Numbered from the stretch's first letter, positions 1 to 17,078 are shown. The stretch: DNA of 64,000 bases from the human T2T-CHM13v2.0 reference genome, Homo sapiens (GCF_009914755.1 NC_060927.1), one strand, 5' to 3'. The notes: generated by a model from the sequence alone, not told the origin. Made by a program: numbers and translations.

Positions 1-744
1 TGTACTCCTAACAATCATATGTACAATAGCAGCAGTAACTTTTATTAAGCAATAATGAGCCCCTAAATCTGACAGAATAGGAAAAAAGATACATTACAAT
101 CAAAATTCTTTGGACAGAGGTAAGCAAACCTATTTCAACAAAAATGTCCAAGATATAAAGTTTGTCCTGGAGCCACTCACGGTTCCCTTCAAAGCTTTGT
201 TACACATCTTTGATACCTTTGCTCTTCACTACAAGTAATCAGAATTTCATCAGCTCCACTCTATGTTTCCAAAATATCTTTTTCCTCCAGAAAATCACAC
301 ATTTAAGTCCCTTTTTAAAAAAATAAAAAATTTCTTCTTTTTTCAGTTCACATACTTAAATGGTGAAAAACAATTTAGGATATGAAATATTTCATTTATT
401 CATATCTGATAAGAGTTCAATATGTTAGCACCTTCATTTCAACATAACACTACATTTATCCAAGAATAAATGTCATGGGGAACTCTCAGAGAGAATGATA
501 TTTGGGTCAACATATTGGTTTTGTATATAGGGGTTTTCATTATGCTAAACAATAGCTCATGTTTTATAATATTGACAGAAGAAAGTATTTTTGCTCTTTT
601 TCTCAAATCTCAATTAATTGTGAATCTCTTAATTATAAGCTGGGTAATTATAAGCTGGGTCGACTGTTATCATAACGGTGTGTGCAAGGTAATCCATGGA
701 AACATAAGCAAAATATACTGCCTTCTTGTTCTAGTTAACAAGTA

Positions 745-1062
745 CTAAATTACAGACCTCCTCAAACTTGCTGTAAAACAATATTTTTTTGCTGTGAAAC
801 AAAACAATATTGTGCTGTAAAACAGTAACAATAACTTTTCTAGCTCATGCATGTGCAATTTCGGCAGGGCTTGATGAGGACAGCTTGTCTCCACTCTGCA
901 CAGCATCAGCTGGGGAATGCAGCTGAAGACTAGATGCATCTGAAGGATTCCTCACTCACATGCTTGACAATTGATTTTGTCTCTCAGCTGAGGCTGTCAG
1001 CAAGAATAACTACACATGGCCTCCCAGCATTGTGGCTGGGATCAAAAAGGAAGCATCGAGAC

Positions 1063-1095
<33 letters not shown>

Positions 1096-1165
1096 AGCTA
1101 GGAGAAATCTATATTCCCTTGGAAGTCACTTCCTGACTACTCTGTAGGGTGAAACAGTCAATAAG
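745..1165 (-). mobile_element. Old MaLR LTR relic (MLT1K-like)
   Basis: Diverged match to recalled MLT1 motifs (CAGCTGGGG...CATCTGAAGG..CTCACTCACATG; TTGGAAGTCAC); boundaries approximate. Confidence 0.55.
1057..1096. repeat. (GA)n microsatellite
   Basis: Visible GA run with few interruptions. Confidence 0.9.
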
Positions 1166-1173
1166 CTCTACTG

Positions 1174-1370
1174 GAAACCCCATCTCAACTAAAAATAAAA
1201 AAATTCACCAGACGTGGTGGTGCATGCCTATAATCCCAGCTACTCAGGAGGCTGAGGCAGGGGAATTGCTTGAACTCAGGAGGTGGATGTTGCAGTGAGC
1301 CAAGATGGTGCCACCCTGCACTCCAGCCTGGGCGACAGAGCGAGATTCTGTCTCAAAATAAATTTAAAAA
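1174..1370 (+). mobile_element. 5'-truncated Alu (linker and right arm)
   Basis: AAACCCCATCTC, A-rich linker, TAATCCCAGCTACTCAGGAGGCTGAGGCAG...CTCCAGCCTGGGCGACAGAGCGAGA, A-rich tail. Confidence 0.92.
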
Positions 1371-2009
1371 TGCTCTTTGCGAATAAGCTAAAGACTAAGA
1401 TTTATGCTAATAACAAAACATATGTGAACAGTGAGAAAATAGGAGCTGGCGCTTTCCCTTCTCTCCCAGGAAGTTCTAATTTGACCAGAAGACAAGATAA
1501 AAATCTAATCATATCAGAAAAAAAGCTGCCCAAATATTTTTTAAATTACCAAGAAAGCCATTTGAAATATTTAGAAAAGGATACTCCTCTAAGTTTATAT
1601 TGTTCATTGAGATGTTAGTAAATTATATGAACCTATAATGATTTATAAACATTTAAAATTTAAGCAAACAGAATATGAAGACAAAGCTTTAAGGTCATAT
1701 AATATTCATACTAGTAATTTATTTAACATCACTAAATACGATGATAAAAGACCTTCTTAGAAGCCAGTTCCAAGGCTTTTAATATATTAGTACAATATTC
1801 ATGTGAGAATAAATATATAGAGATATGTATAAAAATTTAAAATATATAAACATGTACCATTATGTGTTCAAATATGTATATTGTTAACCTGTATAATGTA
1901 TATATAAATATATATACAATGTAGAAATTTATGTAAACTCTCTAAATATGTATGAACAAATATTTGTGAGAATCATATATATTTCTTTAGCTTTTTTTTT
2001 TTTTTAGGT

Positions 2010-2330
2010 TTTGTCTCCTTGAAAGCACATCTCCATGAAAAACCCTGACAATCACACAAAAAAAAGAACTACGCTTCATGGAGGGAGAAAAGCCACGGGG
2101 AGATTTCTCATTAGTCACCTGCATGAATCCTCTTGAAGCTTCCAGCACAGCCCAGCTACCAGCTGAATGCAACAGAGTAAATGACCCCAGTTGAAGCCAC
2201 ATAAAGCAGAAGCATTGCCCAAAGGAGCGCCATCTGAATTTTACACTCATGCATTTTAGCCAAATGAAATGAAATGATGATTGGTTTTTTAGCCCCTTAT
2301 TTTGTTAAGCAGCAATAGATCGTTGAAATG
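2010..2330 (+). mobile_element. Old MaLR LTR relic (MLT1J-like)
   Basis: CAGCCCAGCTACCAGCTGAATGCAAC...ATGACCCCAG and the MLT1-type 3' end TTTGTTAAGCAGCAATAGAT. Confidence 0.55.
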
Positions 2331-2724
2331 ATGAGTATTTGTATGTAGATCCTATTTTGTGATTTGGCCTCTGAAGAAAAGTTTTTTGACCCATTCCTTA
2401 GAACCTGCTTGGTTTCATGAATTGTTACTGTCTTTCAAAAACTCAGAAATATGTGGTGTTCAAATATTCAAAAAGGATAAAACTTGCATAATTTATTTTA
2501 AAATGATATATATATAATAGCTTGCAAAATTACATATATATGTTTTTAAGCTGATACTTGAATAATCTTTCTTGGAACAGGCAGGATAAATTAGAAGACC
2601 TGCCAAAATACTATCCAGTCTTATAAGTCTATAAAATATTTGTGAACATAACCAAAATGTTCTACATTTATACAGAAATGAGAAAATGTATGTTTCTTGA
2701 AAATCACATGCTTTATCCTGCAAT

Positions 2725-2895
2725 AGCTACTTATTAGTTCTGTGACCTTGAGCAAAGTACTTAACCTTTCTGGTCCTCTGTTTCTCCACCTTCAAAATGG
2801 GGATGATAACAAAGGATTATTTTTAGAATTATGCAAATAAATTTATGTACAGTGTCTAGCACATTTTACATTCTTTATAAATGTTAGCTATAATT
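2725..2895 (+). mobile_element. MIR SINE
   Basis: Core TGTGACCTTGAGCAAAGTACTTAACCT...TGTTTCTCCACCTTCAAAATGGGGATGATAA. Confidence 0.85.
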
Positions 2896-3493
2896 ATTTA
2901 TCGTAGGTACTTATGTAGGTCAATTCTCTAACATATGAATCTTTTATATTACCCACAGTGCATCTTCTGACTATAACTGCTAATACAATTTAATCTCAAA
3001 TAGCTTCACTTACTGTACATATTTCATTCTGCATAAAATGTATGACTGTTCACAAACATTCATATTTGAATATAATCTATATGTTGACTATATAGTAGTA
3101 ATATATGTATTACTGAAGAATCCCACATTCAGCTCCAATATTTTAGTTAATTGAAAAATGTCTTAGGTTATCAAATCTTACATTTTAATGAAAATGGACT
3201 TCTTTAATAATGTGCATTAAAAAGTAAACAATGTAGTTATGTTTTGATATAGCATATTTGGCATAAAAGTTTAAAGTCATACAAAAAATAATTTAAGGCC
3301 ATTAGGGTATTTCAAGACTAAATTGCCCAACAAATTATCTTACGTGAAAAACTCTAAAATGCCAGGTGTCATATTAAAGTTAAACTGAAATTTTACAGAG
3401 GCTACAGATTTTAATTAGTAAAGATATGATATAAAAATTATTTCATAAAAAATTGTTATTCATGTTATAACTTTTATTTAAATACTAAGAAGG

Positions 3494-3728
<235 letters not shown>

Positions 3729-5659
3729 TTACCATTACAGAAATAAATAATTTTAGAAAATAATTATCTCCCTAAGTTAGAAGATGATTGACTGTTGCCA
3801 ATATGTATTCAAGGAGTTTGAAGCATATAACTAAGAATTAGGATAAACCCAAGCAAACAAAGCACCTAGAAAAAAAATGTACCAAAACAAATTGTTGTGT
3901 TGATGTGTGTGTGTGTGTTTAATTCACTTCTAGGTTTTTTGTATTCTTGATATTGTTTCACATTGCAGTTAATAAAAGTGAACTGTTAAATGTACAGTAG
4001 AAAAACACCAACCATATTATTTTGATCTTGTGAACAAAGATATACTTGACATTGTAAATGTTTCAGTGACAAAAGTTGATGTTTTATCTATAAGTATACT
4101 TCTTAGAAGCCAGGGATGTACAATAGCCATAAAACAACTCTGTAGGAAGTGTGTAGAATTGTTTTCCTTAATTCTCCATCCTTATGAAAGTCATAAAATC
4201 CTTAGAGGGGATTTGTCTATTAGAGACAATAATTTCTACCCACCACACTCTAACAAGTTTAAAATTTTTACAGAGATTTGCTGTGTTCAGATTGCTGCCG
4301 AGAACTTAAACTCCTCCTAATAATATATCATAACAATGGTAGAAAGATTTTTAATATAAACACACACTAAGACAATGGACAGGAAGACCTGAAAGATATC
4401 AGTGTAATTTTAGACTATAAAAAGCACACATATCTTTAAAAATTGATGATCGAATTCCTGAAGATGACATGAAAAGCAGGCCAATATATACACTGTAATA
4501 TTCTGAAAGGGCTAAGGAACTGATGGCACGAAATACTGTGGAAAATGGCATTGAAGCAGGGGTTGAAATCAGGAATAGTGTTGAAAAGTCTGTATAAGGA
4601 GCAGTGAAACCCTTGATCCTTTCTCAGATTCAGCACCGCCATGTAATCACTCCTCTACTAAGCAGGAAACTAAATGTTTCATTTACAGAGAAATTGAAGC
4701 ACAGGGGTCCCAGACCACGGAAACCAAGCACTGTAAAGAAAGCAGAAGAGGGTCCTACTGGAAATTCGACCAGACACAGTAGCCCGTCCCATGAATAGTG
4801 GGAGTCAGACTTACACTTTCTAGGCAAGACATTGGAAGATGCTTTTCTGGTGAAACTGACTATCCCCAGAGAAAAGGAAACACAAGTACTCCTGTTGAGG
4901 GGTCCGTAAATAAAATAATCAAATTGTGTCTCAAGCACTCTAAAGTGAAGCCTTCCATTTACAAAAAGTTTCTACCAAAATTTTAGTGTCTCTATTTTAG
5001 TTATGAACAAAAATACACAAAGGATTTGATAAAAGAAAAGAAAAACAGAAAAAGAAGCCCAGAGAAAACAGAGACAATGTGGGAGTAAAAAATTTTGAAA
5101 AGCTTTGGCAAAAATCCAAAAAAATTAATACATTAATGTATTTGTAATACATTAGATCAATACATTAGATCAGTCAAGATGCTGGCAAAAAAATATGGTA
5201 CACACAAAATGTGACACTAAGGAAACTCCAATGATGGCACTTATCTACCAGTTTTGAACATTAAGAGCAACTAACAAGAGATGCTAAAGCATCCCTGGCC
5301 TAGAAAAGGCATGGAATTTTGATCACCCCTAGGTCTGAAGAGGTTGGGAAAACATATTTATCAAGAACTATGAGAGTTGTAAATATAAAAGAGGGCCTCC
5401 AGACACAAGCTGTGTCCTTTGAGAGAGAAAACAATTTACTGCCAATCCACAGCCTGACTGGAGGAAGTGAGGAGAATAAATACTCTCCTGTATGTCTCTG
5501 TCCGTCCTCTGATCTCCTGTCCATGACCCCCTGTATTAAATCTCAACCAGATGCCAGAGGACAAGGGAGCTCTAGTGATGCAACCCATATGACTCAGACC
5601 ACAGGGCTCAGCTAGGATCACAAAGGAGGGGAAGAAGGATAGAGAGTGAATCTTATGGG

Positions 5660-6420
5660 ATAAACAGAGAACATCCTGAACAGAGAATAACAGAAGATGA
5701 AAACACATCCATAAAACCAAAAGAGAATGATATTTTAAAAAGAATGGGCTACCAGAATCTAATAGTAGATACATAAAAATTAAAATATGTATCATATATT
5801 TATTTGTGTATATATTAAACACGCTATGTATATAATCATTGGAAAGTCTTTACATTTGGAAGATAACATTTGGGAAATTTCAAAGACAGTTGAGCAAAAA
5901 GATAAGTGACGTGAAATAGGCAACAACAGATTACAAATTTGAAGATTATCTAGGAGGTCCCCATCCAATATTAGGAATTCCAGCAAGACAAAGAATAAAA
6001 GAGTGGGAGAAATAAAAAAAAATCTGTCAGAATTGAAAGAAATAAGTCTAGACATTGACAGTGTCAAATACATGCTGAGGAGGATTAACATTAAAGACCC
6101 CTCCCTCATCTAAAATATTAAAATAGCACAATTACTGAATTCCAGTGATAATGAGTAAATCCTAAAGGTTTTCGTTCACCAAAAGCCAGTTCTGTAAAAT
6201 GGAATATAAATGAGAGTGGCCTTTGAAATTCCCAATGGCTCCTCAGGACACCAGAAGACCATAGCGAAGGCCTTCAATGTTCTAAGAGAAAATAATATTC
6301 AACTTAGATTCCTAAAGTCAGCCCAATTTACAATTCAAGTTTTGAGGTGAAAATAGAGATATTTTGATACGTGCAAGTGCTCAGAAAGTTCAAAATTCAC
6401 AAATTATCTCCAATGGAAGA
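5660..6420 (+). mobile_element. Ancient L1 (L1M/HAL1-type) ORF1 remnant
   Basis: A-rich; motifs such as CCAGAAGAC...GCCTTCAATGTTCTAAGAGAAAATAAT..AACTTAGATTCC resemble the end of L1 ORF1. Confidence 0.6.
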
Positions 6421-6536
6421 CTCTTTAGAAGTCCACATGAAATGACACTCTCATGTTTTTCTCCAACTTCTGATTGTTCCTTCTCTTTCTTTGCAGGCTA
6501 ATCTTTCCTTATGTAAACATTAACATATGCTGTTGG

Positions 6537-6537
<1 letters not shown>

Positions 6538-6564
<27 letters not shown>
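6538..6564. repeat. (TG)n microsatellite
   Basis: Visible pure TG run. Confidence 0.95.
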
Positions 6565-6567
<3 letters not shown>

Positions 6568-7614
6568 ATCTTTTCCTTTTATTTCTTCACTAAAGATGTA
6601 TCTGTTCACATACACATGCATACATATGCACATATGCACTAATATAAACATATACTGATATCTATATATAACAAAAAAATCTTAAATTTAGATTTTTTAA
6701 TTTGAAAGTATTTCTGAAGAGATGTTATTAATAGTATTTTAAAAGTCTGGTCTTATTTTTATATTAGTTTGCCATGTGAAATAAATATGTCGAACCAAAA
6801 TCTTTCTAATCCATATATCAAGAATTAGAAGTTGATGTGTTCCACTTCCAAAAGTAAACTTTTTCAAGCTATAAAGTGTTTCAAAGGTTGTCAGCCCTCT
6901 TTCAGAAACTACTTCCTCATTGTTAATGTTTGAATGGTAACAATGCCTACATCATAGGCTGATTTGGAGGCTTAAATGCAATCATGTAAGGTAAAGTGAC
7001 TAGATATAATAGGTGCTCTAAAAATGTAATTGTTTTCACTTTGGCTTGCACTATTTCTTACCTCAGTCTAAGCTTCAATAGAAAAGATGAGAACTTAAGT
7101 TAGGAAATGAAAATTCAAAAGAGAAGAAGGTTCTAACTAAAGAAAGTGGAAAAATGAAAAGAAGTCAAAATTACTCGGGTTTGGGGTCATAGGGTTATTT
7201 TATTAGCTGTCGTGTATAGAATTTGAGGGGTAGAACGTGAATTTAAAAAAATTTCCTCTGTTTTGTGAGATATAATTCTCCTTTACTGAGTTTTAAAGAT
7301 TACCTCAGGCTTTTTCTTAGGCTTGAGTTGAATTTGTGAGTGTTTTGAATGTACAAAACTACTGATATTTATCTTGAAGCAAGAGCAAGAAAACTAAATT
7401 TTATTCATATTGCAGAAGAAACCACTGCAAATAAGCTTATTGTACGTAGTTACTGCCTTCATTAGTGGCCCATTCTAAAAGACTTTTCCTAATCACTGTT
7501 TGACCATAAATAACCCCGCTTGCCTTTTTGCCTTATGTGTGTGTCATATGTTATGGCCTGTGTTTAGATGTCTTCACTCTCTTTTACTTTGGTGGCGTTG
7601 AGAAAACTTATCCT

Positions 7615-7800
7615 TTTAATACGCATTGATACTTCAGAGTCACCTCTCATAGATGGCACTTACGATAAATTAAATCCATTTTCTTTATTTTACAGATGAG
7701 AAATCCTAACCCAAATAAGTGAATTTAATTTGTCAAGGTCAAACAGCTAGCAACTGGCAAAAGACTTACAGCTCACGTCTCCTGAACCTAGCTCAGCCTG
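7615..7800 (-). mobile_element. MIR SINE
   Basis: TTTATTTTACAGATGAGAAA...GTCAAGGTCAAACAGCTAG is the reverse MIR core. Confidence 0.75.
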
Positions 7801-8984
7801 TAATAAAAACATCTCACCTTGTGTTTTTCTGAAGAATCAAAGATTTGTTAAGTAATTTAAATATAATTATATCTGTAGAATTAAGCCAAAATAACATCTT
7901 TGTTTTCTCCAATAACATTTTTTCAACATATACCTCTGACTACTCTGCCTCAGTCCTTGGGGAAATTATACATGCTTTCTTGACTTAAAATCCAAGCTCA
8001 TTGCTGAATAAAACCATTGCAGCATAAAACTTGGAATTTGACAAGCATTTCCAAATAGAAATATCCACTGTAGCCAGAGTCCCTCTAACTTAAACTTATT
8101 TTGAATATTCTTTGTCGCTTCTATTATGATTTCAATTATCCATACATACCTATCTTTTGAAAAAATTATAGTTGTATAATGCCATGAGGGACAAATTTAT
8201 GAAAACCATTAATTTTCCTATTTGCAAAAGTCTGTTGGCTTCACGTCAGGATTCCGTTGTGAGAGCTGTTTGAACTGCTAGCTAGCTGTTAGAACTCATT
8301 GTCATGTCACTGAAGCAAAGCTGTCCTAAATGAAGACAAAGTAGAAACATTACTCCTGTCAAATGAAGTCACCGGGATCTGACAGAAGCTGTTATTGCCT
8401 TAGCACCAAATTTCAAAGTCTTCTATGCATGATCTGTTTCATTAAAGGAACCTACTCTCATGGAATTTACTGTATTTTCATAACAATGAAAAAGTAATTT
8501 GTTGTATTCACCTATGTACAATGATGGATTAACAGTCTGAATCCTGAAGATATCATCATCAGCGACATTGTCATTGATGCCAGTGTGATGAGCTCAATAA
8601 CCCTAGCAGTTTAGTCACAAAAGCACCATTATGGTATTTTCTGTGAGGAAAAAAACAAATAGTGACCTTACAAAAAAAAAAATCTCTCCCTTATAAGAGA
8701 AAACTTGGAAACTTTTATTGTCATTGATTCAAATAAAAAATGGAGGTAATTTGAAATAGATTACTTGAAACTTTCATGAATAGTTGCCAAACATTTAATC
8801 TGAGAAAAATTTTATTAAAATATAATGATATGTGATATAATAAGATATGAGCATTTTCAAGATAATTTATTTTTTCTCTTTAAAAAACTAATTAACATAG
8901 AATATGTTTAACATTTAAGGGTGAAATGTTTTCTGGTTCTTAAATTCCAAGTCTAAGCAAATATTCATTAATTTAATGATTATA

Positions 8985-10130
8985 TATATTTTAACAGATT
9001 ACTTTTTTATCAAAAAAAGTTTTATATTTTTATGTAATCCAAAAATGTCTGTATTTTTATTGTGATTTTTGTCTCTCATTTCATGTTTATAAAGATCAAG
9101 TCTATGTGATTATATAAATATTTACCTGTATTTTTTGTTAATGGTTTTTAGGTTGAATTTTTTTAGTATTCATGAATTTATTTCATCTGAAATTGTTGTT
9201 CATGTATTTCATCATTAGAGTAACAGATTTAATCAATTATTTTTCCCAAGTGGTGATCCAGAGTACCCCAGGACATTTATTGAATAATTCATTCTTTCTC
9301 AACTTTTGTAAGATGCTACTTTTATGATTAACTAAAATGTTATACATTCCGGGAAAAGATTTTGGACTTTCTGTTCTGTGATTGATCTATGTAATAATGT
9401 ATAAATATCACAATAATTATAATGGCATTATAGTATATTTTAAAATCTATGATTAGAAGCTTTTCTTGATTACTCTTTTTTAAGCTCATGCCTTTTTCCA
9501 AATAAACTTCACAATTACGGTGAGTACAGTTCTTTTAAAAAAAACCTTTTTTGCTTATATTTAGAAATATTTATTAAGTATTCCAGTAGATAAATGCTTT
9601 ATGCCTCTCCTATTAAAATCCTCTCTTTTACTCTGGCTAAGAATTTTGAACAGTTTTGCACTGCTTAGTATACTTTTGCTTAAAATTTTTTCATGGTATT
9701 ATATTTATTATTTATTAAATTCTTTTTGTTTTATTATTAGGTTGCTTTTTATATTTTTTTTACTTTCCATTTTACTTTTAAGAGATTGCTTCTCAAATAG
9801 TAAGATATTAATTTCATATATTTGTTTTAACATGCTGAACTCAACATTTTAAAGTGTTCTAGTGATTCTCTTGGGTTTTCTTGCTAGGTAAGTATATAAT
9901 CTGTTGCTAATGATACTTTGATTTTTTTCTCAAACTTATGACTAAGTTATTTTTTGGTCTTATTCCTTTACCCAACATTTCTGGAATAATGTTAAATAAG
10001 AATGGTGAAATGAGCAGATATATCTTTTTCCTATAGGTTTTTTTATAGACAGATATGTAGATAGATATTATAGTTGTGTGAGGTAAACTAAAGTAATATT
10101 TTATTATCCCCTTCAACAAAAGGAAGTACC
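8985..10130 (-). mobile_element. Ancient L1 (L1M) ORF2 remnant
   Basis: T-rich; CCAGGACATTTATTGAATAATT and AATAATGTTAAATAAGAATGGTGA match antisense L1 ORF2. Confidence 0.7.
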
Positions 10131-11064
10131 TGCTTTAGTCATCTATGACTCTGGAAAACAGCATTATATTTCTTATATATTAAATGTTCAAAAATAATTA
10201 TTAAATAAACAAATAAGTAAATACAAAGTAAAGCAAATTAGAAACAAATCCATAATGAGTGCACTTCATAACAAGTACCTGTTTTATCTGAAGCTACATT
10301 TTTTTGTTATGCCTTAAGTATTTTCCTAAGAGTGTTCTAGCTGCCTTCCTTGCTGTTTATCAAATTCTTTCTCATGGTTCTGAGATCTGCTCCCAAAGAC
10401 CATTCTCAAAGCTGGAAGCCTGACACTATTCCAGGCTTCCCCCACATTGAATGCCCACTTGAGCAATGCATCACTGTTTTTAAGGTACTATCTATGATAA
10501 ACACATTTGCTGGTATCCCACACAAATGAAGTAACCTCCTTTCTCTGATAACTGCCCCTAGCTGTCGTAACTGTGCTCTGTGTCCCTCACCAACTTGCTT
10601 CTGTCAGTTGGACCAGAAGTAGACACCAGACCAAAGCCAAACAGCTGGGATCCTGAATGGGGAAGATATAAACTTGAAAGCTAAAGAATATACTCTACAT
10701 GACGTATCTCATGGAGTAAGAAGTTGAGGAACTAGTTTGAGAGAGAATGAAGCAAAAAGAAAGAAATTAGAGGAGAATTAGAGAATTTTCCCAGGATATA
10801 TGGTTTGTTTTTATTTTTTGATATTTTATTTTTTCACATCCTGATGGCTTCATTTTGTCTCTCAGTTTTCTTAAAATAACTTTTTAATGTTTATATAATA
10901 TCTCCTCTTTTTTATTAGCTAGTTTTTGCTTGCTTCTGTGACTTCTGACCAAAGTATCTTCATGATGACACTATCAATATATATCTCCTCTATTTTGAGA
11001 AACTTAATTGTCTCTCTGAAGACACTGCTGAGAGCTTTATATTTATTGATTCAGCAATTGCAAT

Positions 11065-11295
11065 TGGGTACAATATATCTGGAGCCAGACTGTGTAGGTT
11101 TGAATGCCTTCTGTATCATTTACTAGTCTTGAGTCTTTGGTCAAATGCCTAACTTTTCCATGTCTTGTTTTCTTCATCTGTATAATAGCAAGGATAATAG
11201 TACCTACTTCACAGAGAATGAAAATTCAAGCAGGCAGTATTTGTAAACCACTTAGAAAAGTGTCTTATATATAGTTTGATAAAACATAAGTGTTT
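11065..11295 (+). mobile_element. MIR SINE
   Basis: TCTGGAGCCAGACTG..GGTTTGAAT...TTCTTCATCTGTATAAT...GATAATAGTACCTAC. Confidence 0.85.
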
Positions 11296-11460
11296 TGTAA
11301 ATAAGAAATTTCATTTTAAAAACTAGCTCACTGAATTGTAAGCACTGATTGTACTTATTGGATGCTTTTTTTTTTTTTTCTAGAATAAGATTTCTCTCAA
11401 CATACATGAGCATCTCAATCCCCGTTCCAATCTACTGTTGCTTTTAAAGGTCGTTATATT

Positions 11461-14129
<2,669 letters not shown>

Positions 14130-14387
14130 CTAATTTCCTTTCAGTTTTCTTATTCTGCCCTAGCCTCACTTTCCCTCGTTTCTTCTTTTGTTTCCAAATG
14201 ATCATATGTATGTGGATATATGTGTGTCTGTGTTTAGTTGCATAGAATAGTAGCCCATTATCATTTGATATTTTGTTGCTATTATGAGTGTCCTTTTCTT
14301 ATTTCTAACTGCAAGCTCTACTTTTGTTCTTTAGTCTTCTTCTTTTCACTTCTTATTTTTCTTCATATTAAATATTTATTTATGTTC

Positions 14388-14900
14388 TGTTACCAGTCAA
14401 AGTCCTGACAGGAAGTAGATGGCAGGGACACTCAAAAAAGATCTGACAAACTGAAAATCGTGACTGAAGAGAGCTGTGTGAAGGGACTATTTACAGAGGT
14501 CTGGTTTGAGTTAAGGAAATAAAAAGGAATGGCAATGCAGCCAGAAATAATATAACCTGGGAGTTGATGTCACCCGTGTGACTCAACTACAGGGCAAAGA
14601 GAGAGTTATCACTGTAACCCAGTGGGTGGAGGACTGTAGTAAGAAATGCAAACCATGCCTCTCAAGATGTGAAGGCATAGAATAATTGTGGTAAAGATAA
14701 TAGTACCTATTTCATAGAAAATGAAAATTCAAGCCGACAATATTTGTAAAGCACTTAAATCAGTGCCTTACTCAAACCCTCCTTCATCTTGTTCCCAAAT
14801 ACTTACTGGTGCTCCCTATTGGCCAACTTAAGAAGAGCTCAACATGTATGCTTGGTGTCATGGACCTCTAAAGCCCTCTGCCTGATCACAGGAAAAAGAA
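14388..14900. mobile_element. Ancient LTR relic, family not assigned
   Basis: Begins TGTTACCAGTCAAAGTCCTGACAGGAAGTAGATGGCA, resembling old ERV LTRs; a related-looking relic lies near 5165-5660. Confidence 0.4.
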
Positions 14901-15099
14901 AAATATAATATATGCTAGAATATAATAAATATATGTTATATACATATTTATATAATATATATTACATATTAGATTATATATAATATATATGCTGGCTTTG
15001 AATGTAATTTCTCAATTTTATACATTCAATTTTTTGTCATTACTTCTAATTTTTGACTAATTTAAAATAATTTTCTTTTATTTATTTTTAAATTATTAA

Positions 15100-15583
<484 letters not shown>

Positions 15584-16266
15584 TGAGTAGTTTACATAGT
15601 AGTGCCCAGGTATATAGTGGCAAAAAACAAAAGTGGCATAAACAGAAGTAATTTCAGACCCCCTGCCTCGCTATCTCTACTAATTTATCCCACAGACAGT
15701 GCATCCCCTGGGCCTATGATGGTTAGGTCATAAAGCTACCTGCTCTAAGATATAAATACAACATAATCTAAAAGAAGCAAAAATTCCAACATACCCCTTT
15801 TTACCTAGGGAATTTGGGGACGACAACAGAATTATGAGAAGCAGAGATACCTTAATTCAACAGTGCCTGGACCAACTTTTGACAGATCACAGTATCAAGA
15901 AGAGATGTGTCTAAGGCAAGTTAGAGAGAATGATGAGGGTAGAATGCATTTGGTCCCAGTGGGGAAACGGAATTAAAAGGGTCTCACATTTGGGACTGTG
16001 GGAGTACATACCTAAGCAAGATTATCTCATTTCAAAATAAGGTAGCCTTATTCAAATAATAAGGTTGAAACTTTATAGGTAAATAGACGGCCACAGTTTT
16101 TACTCCCAAGACTTTGTTAGTGCTCACGTGTTAGAAAGGCACCCAAAGTTTTCCACGCTTTTCAGGAAGGTGAGACTACCAAAAGTGAGGATTGCATGGA
16201 AAAACACCAAGGCAAAACGTGAGGTGAATCACTTCAGGCAAGAGTTGGGTAAAGGATTGTGATAAT

Positions 16267-17078
16267 GTGATGTAATAAGAAATATAGATTTAGTCTTTGT
16301 CTCCAGTTTCTGGTACAGAGCTTCTAAAACCTTTGGAATTTCCTGAGTAATAAGCATGATAGGTGCATCTTTGGTTATAATATTTGGTATTAGGCCCCAG
16401 CTTCTAAGACCCTCAGAATCTCCAAAGTGATGAATGTCTTTGTATGCTAATGAGATGACTGGTGTCTGGAGGCCCCTAGATAGCTTCAGGATGGAGGCTG
16501 GCCACCAGAAAGAAAGGCATGATTATAGGATTGAAATTTTCAGGTCTACTCTCAACCTGTAGGGAGAGAAGGGGTGCTGGATGGATATTGAGTTTATCAC
16601 CAATGGCAAATGATATAATCAATCATGCATACATGATAGAACCTCCATAAAAACCCTAATTGACAGAGTTCAGAGAATATTTGGTTAGTGAATACCTCCA
16701 GGCACCAATAAAGTGTGAAAAGGTGCATGGAGACTCTGGGCACCCCTCCCCCAGCTTGCCCTATGTATCTCTTCCATTTGGCCGTTCCTGAGTTGTACCC
16801 TTATAATATAATGGTAATAGTAAGTGAAGTGCTGTCCTGTGTTCTGTGATCTGTTCTAGCAACTTGTTAAACCTTACGAAGGGGTTGTGGAAACCTCCTG
16901 AATTTATAGCTGGTCAGCCAAAAGTTCCAGTAGTCCAGGACTTATGCCTGGCATCTGAAGTGAGGGGCAGTCTTTTGAGATTGAGCACTTAACTTGTGGA
17001 ATGGAATGTTAATTTCAGGTAACTATTGTCAGACTATTGTAGGATACCCATCTGTTATTAGAGAATTGGTTGGTGTAG
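16267..17078 (+). mobile_element. MER21-type LTR
   Basis: TGTGATGTAATAAGAAATATAGATTTAGTCTTTGTCTCCAGTTTCTGGTACAGAGCTTCTAAAACC...GGCATCTGAAGTGAGGGGCAGTC matches recalled MER21B/C. Confidence 0.75.

Noticed and set aside
630-660. Perfect 15-bp tandem duplication TAATTATAAGCTGGG
   Set aside because: Real but an ordinary two-copy slippage event
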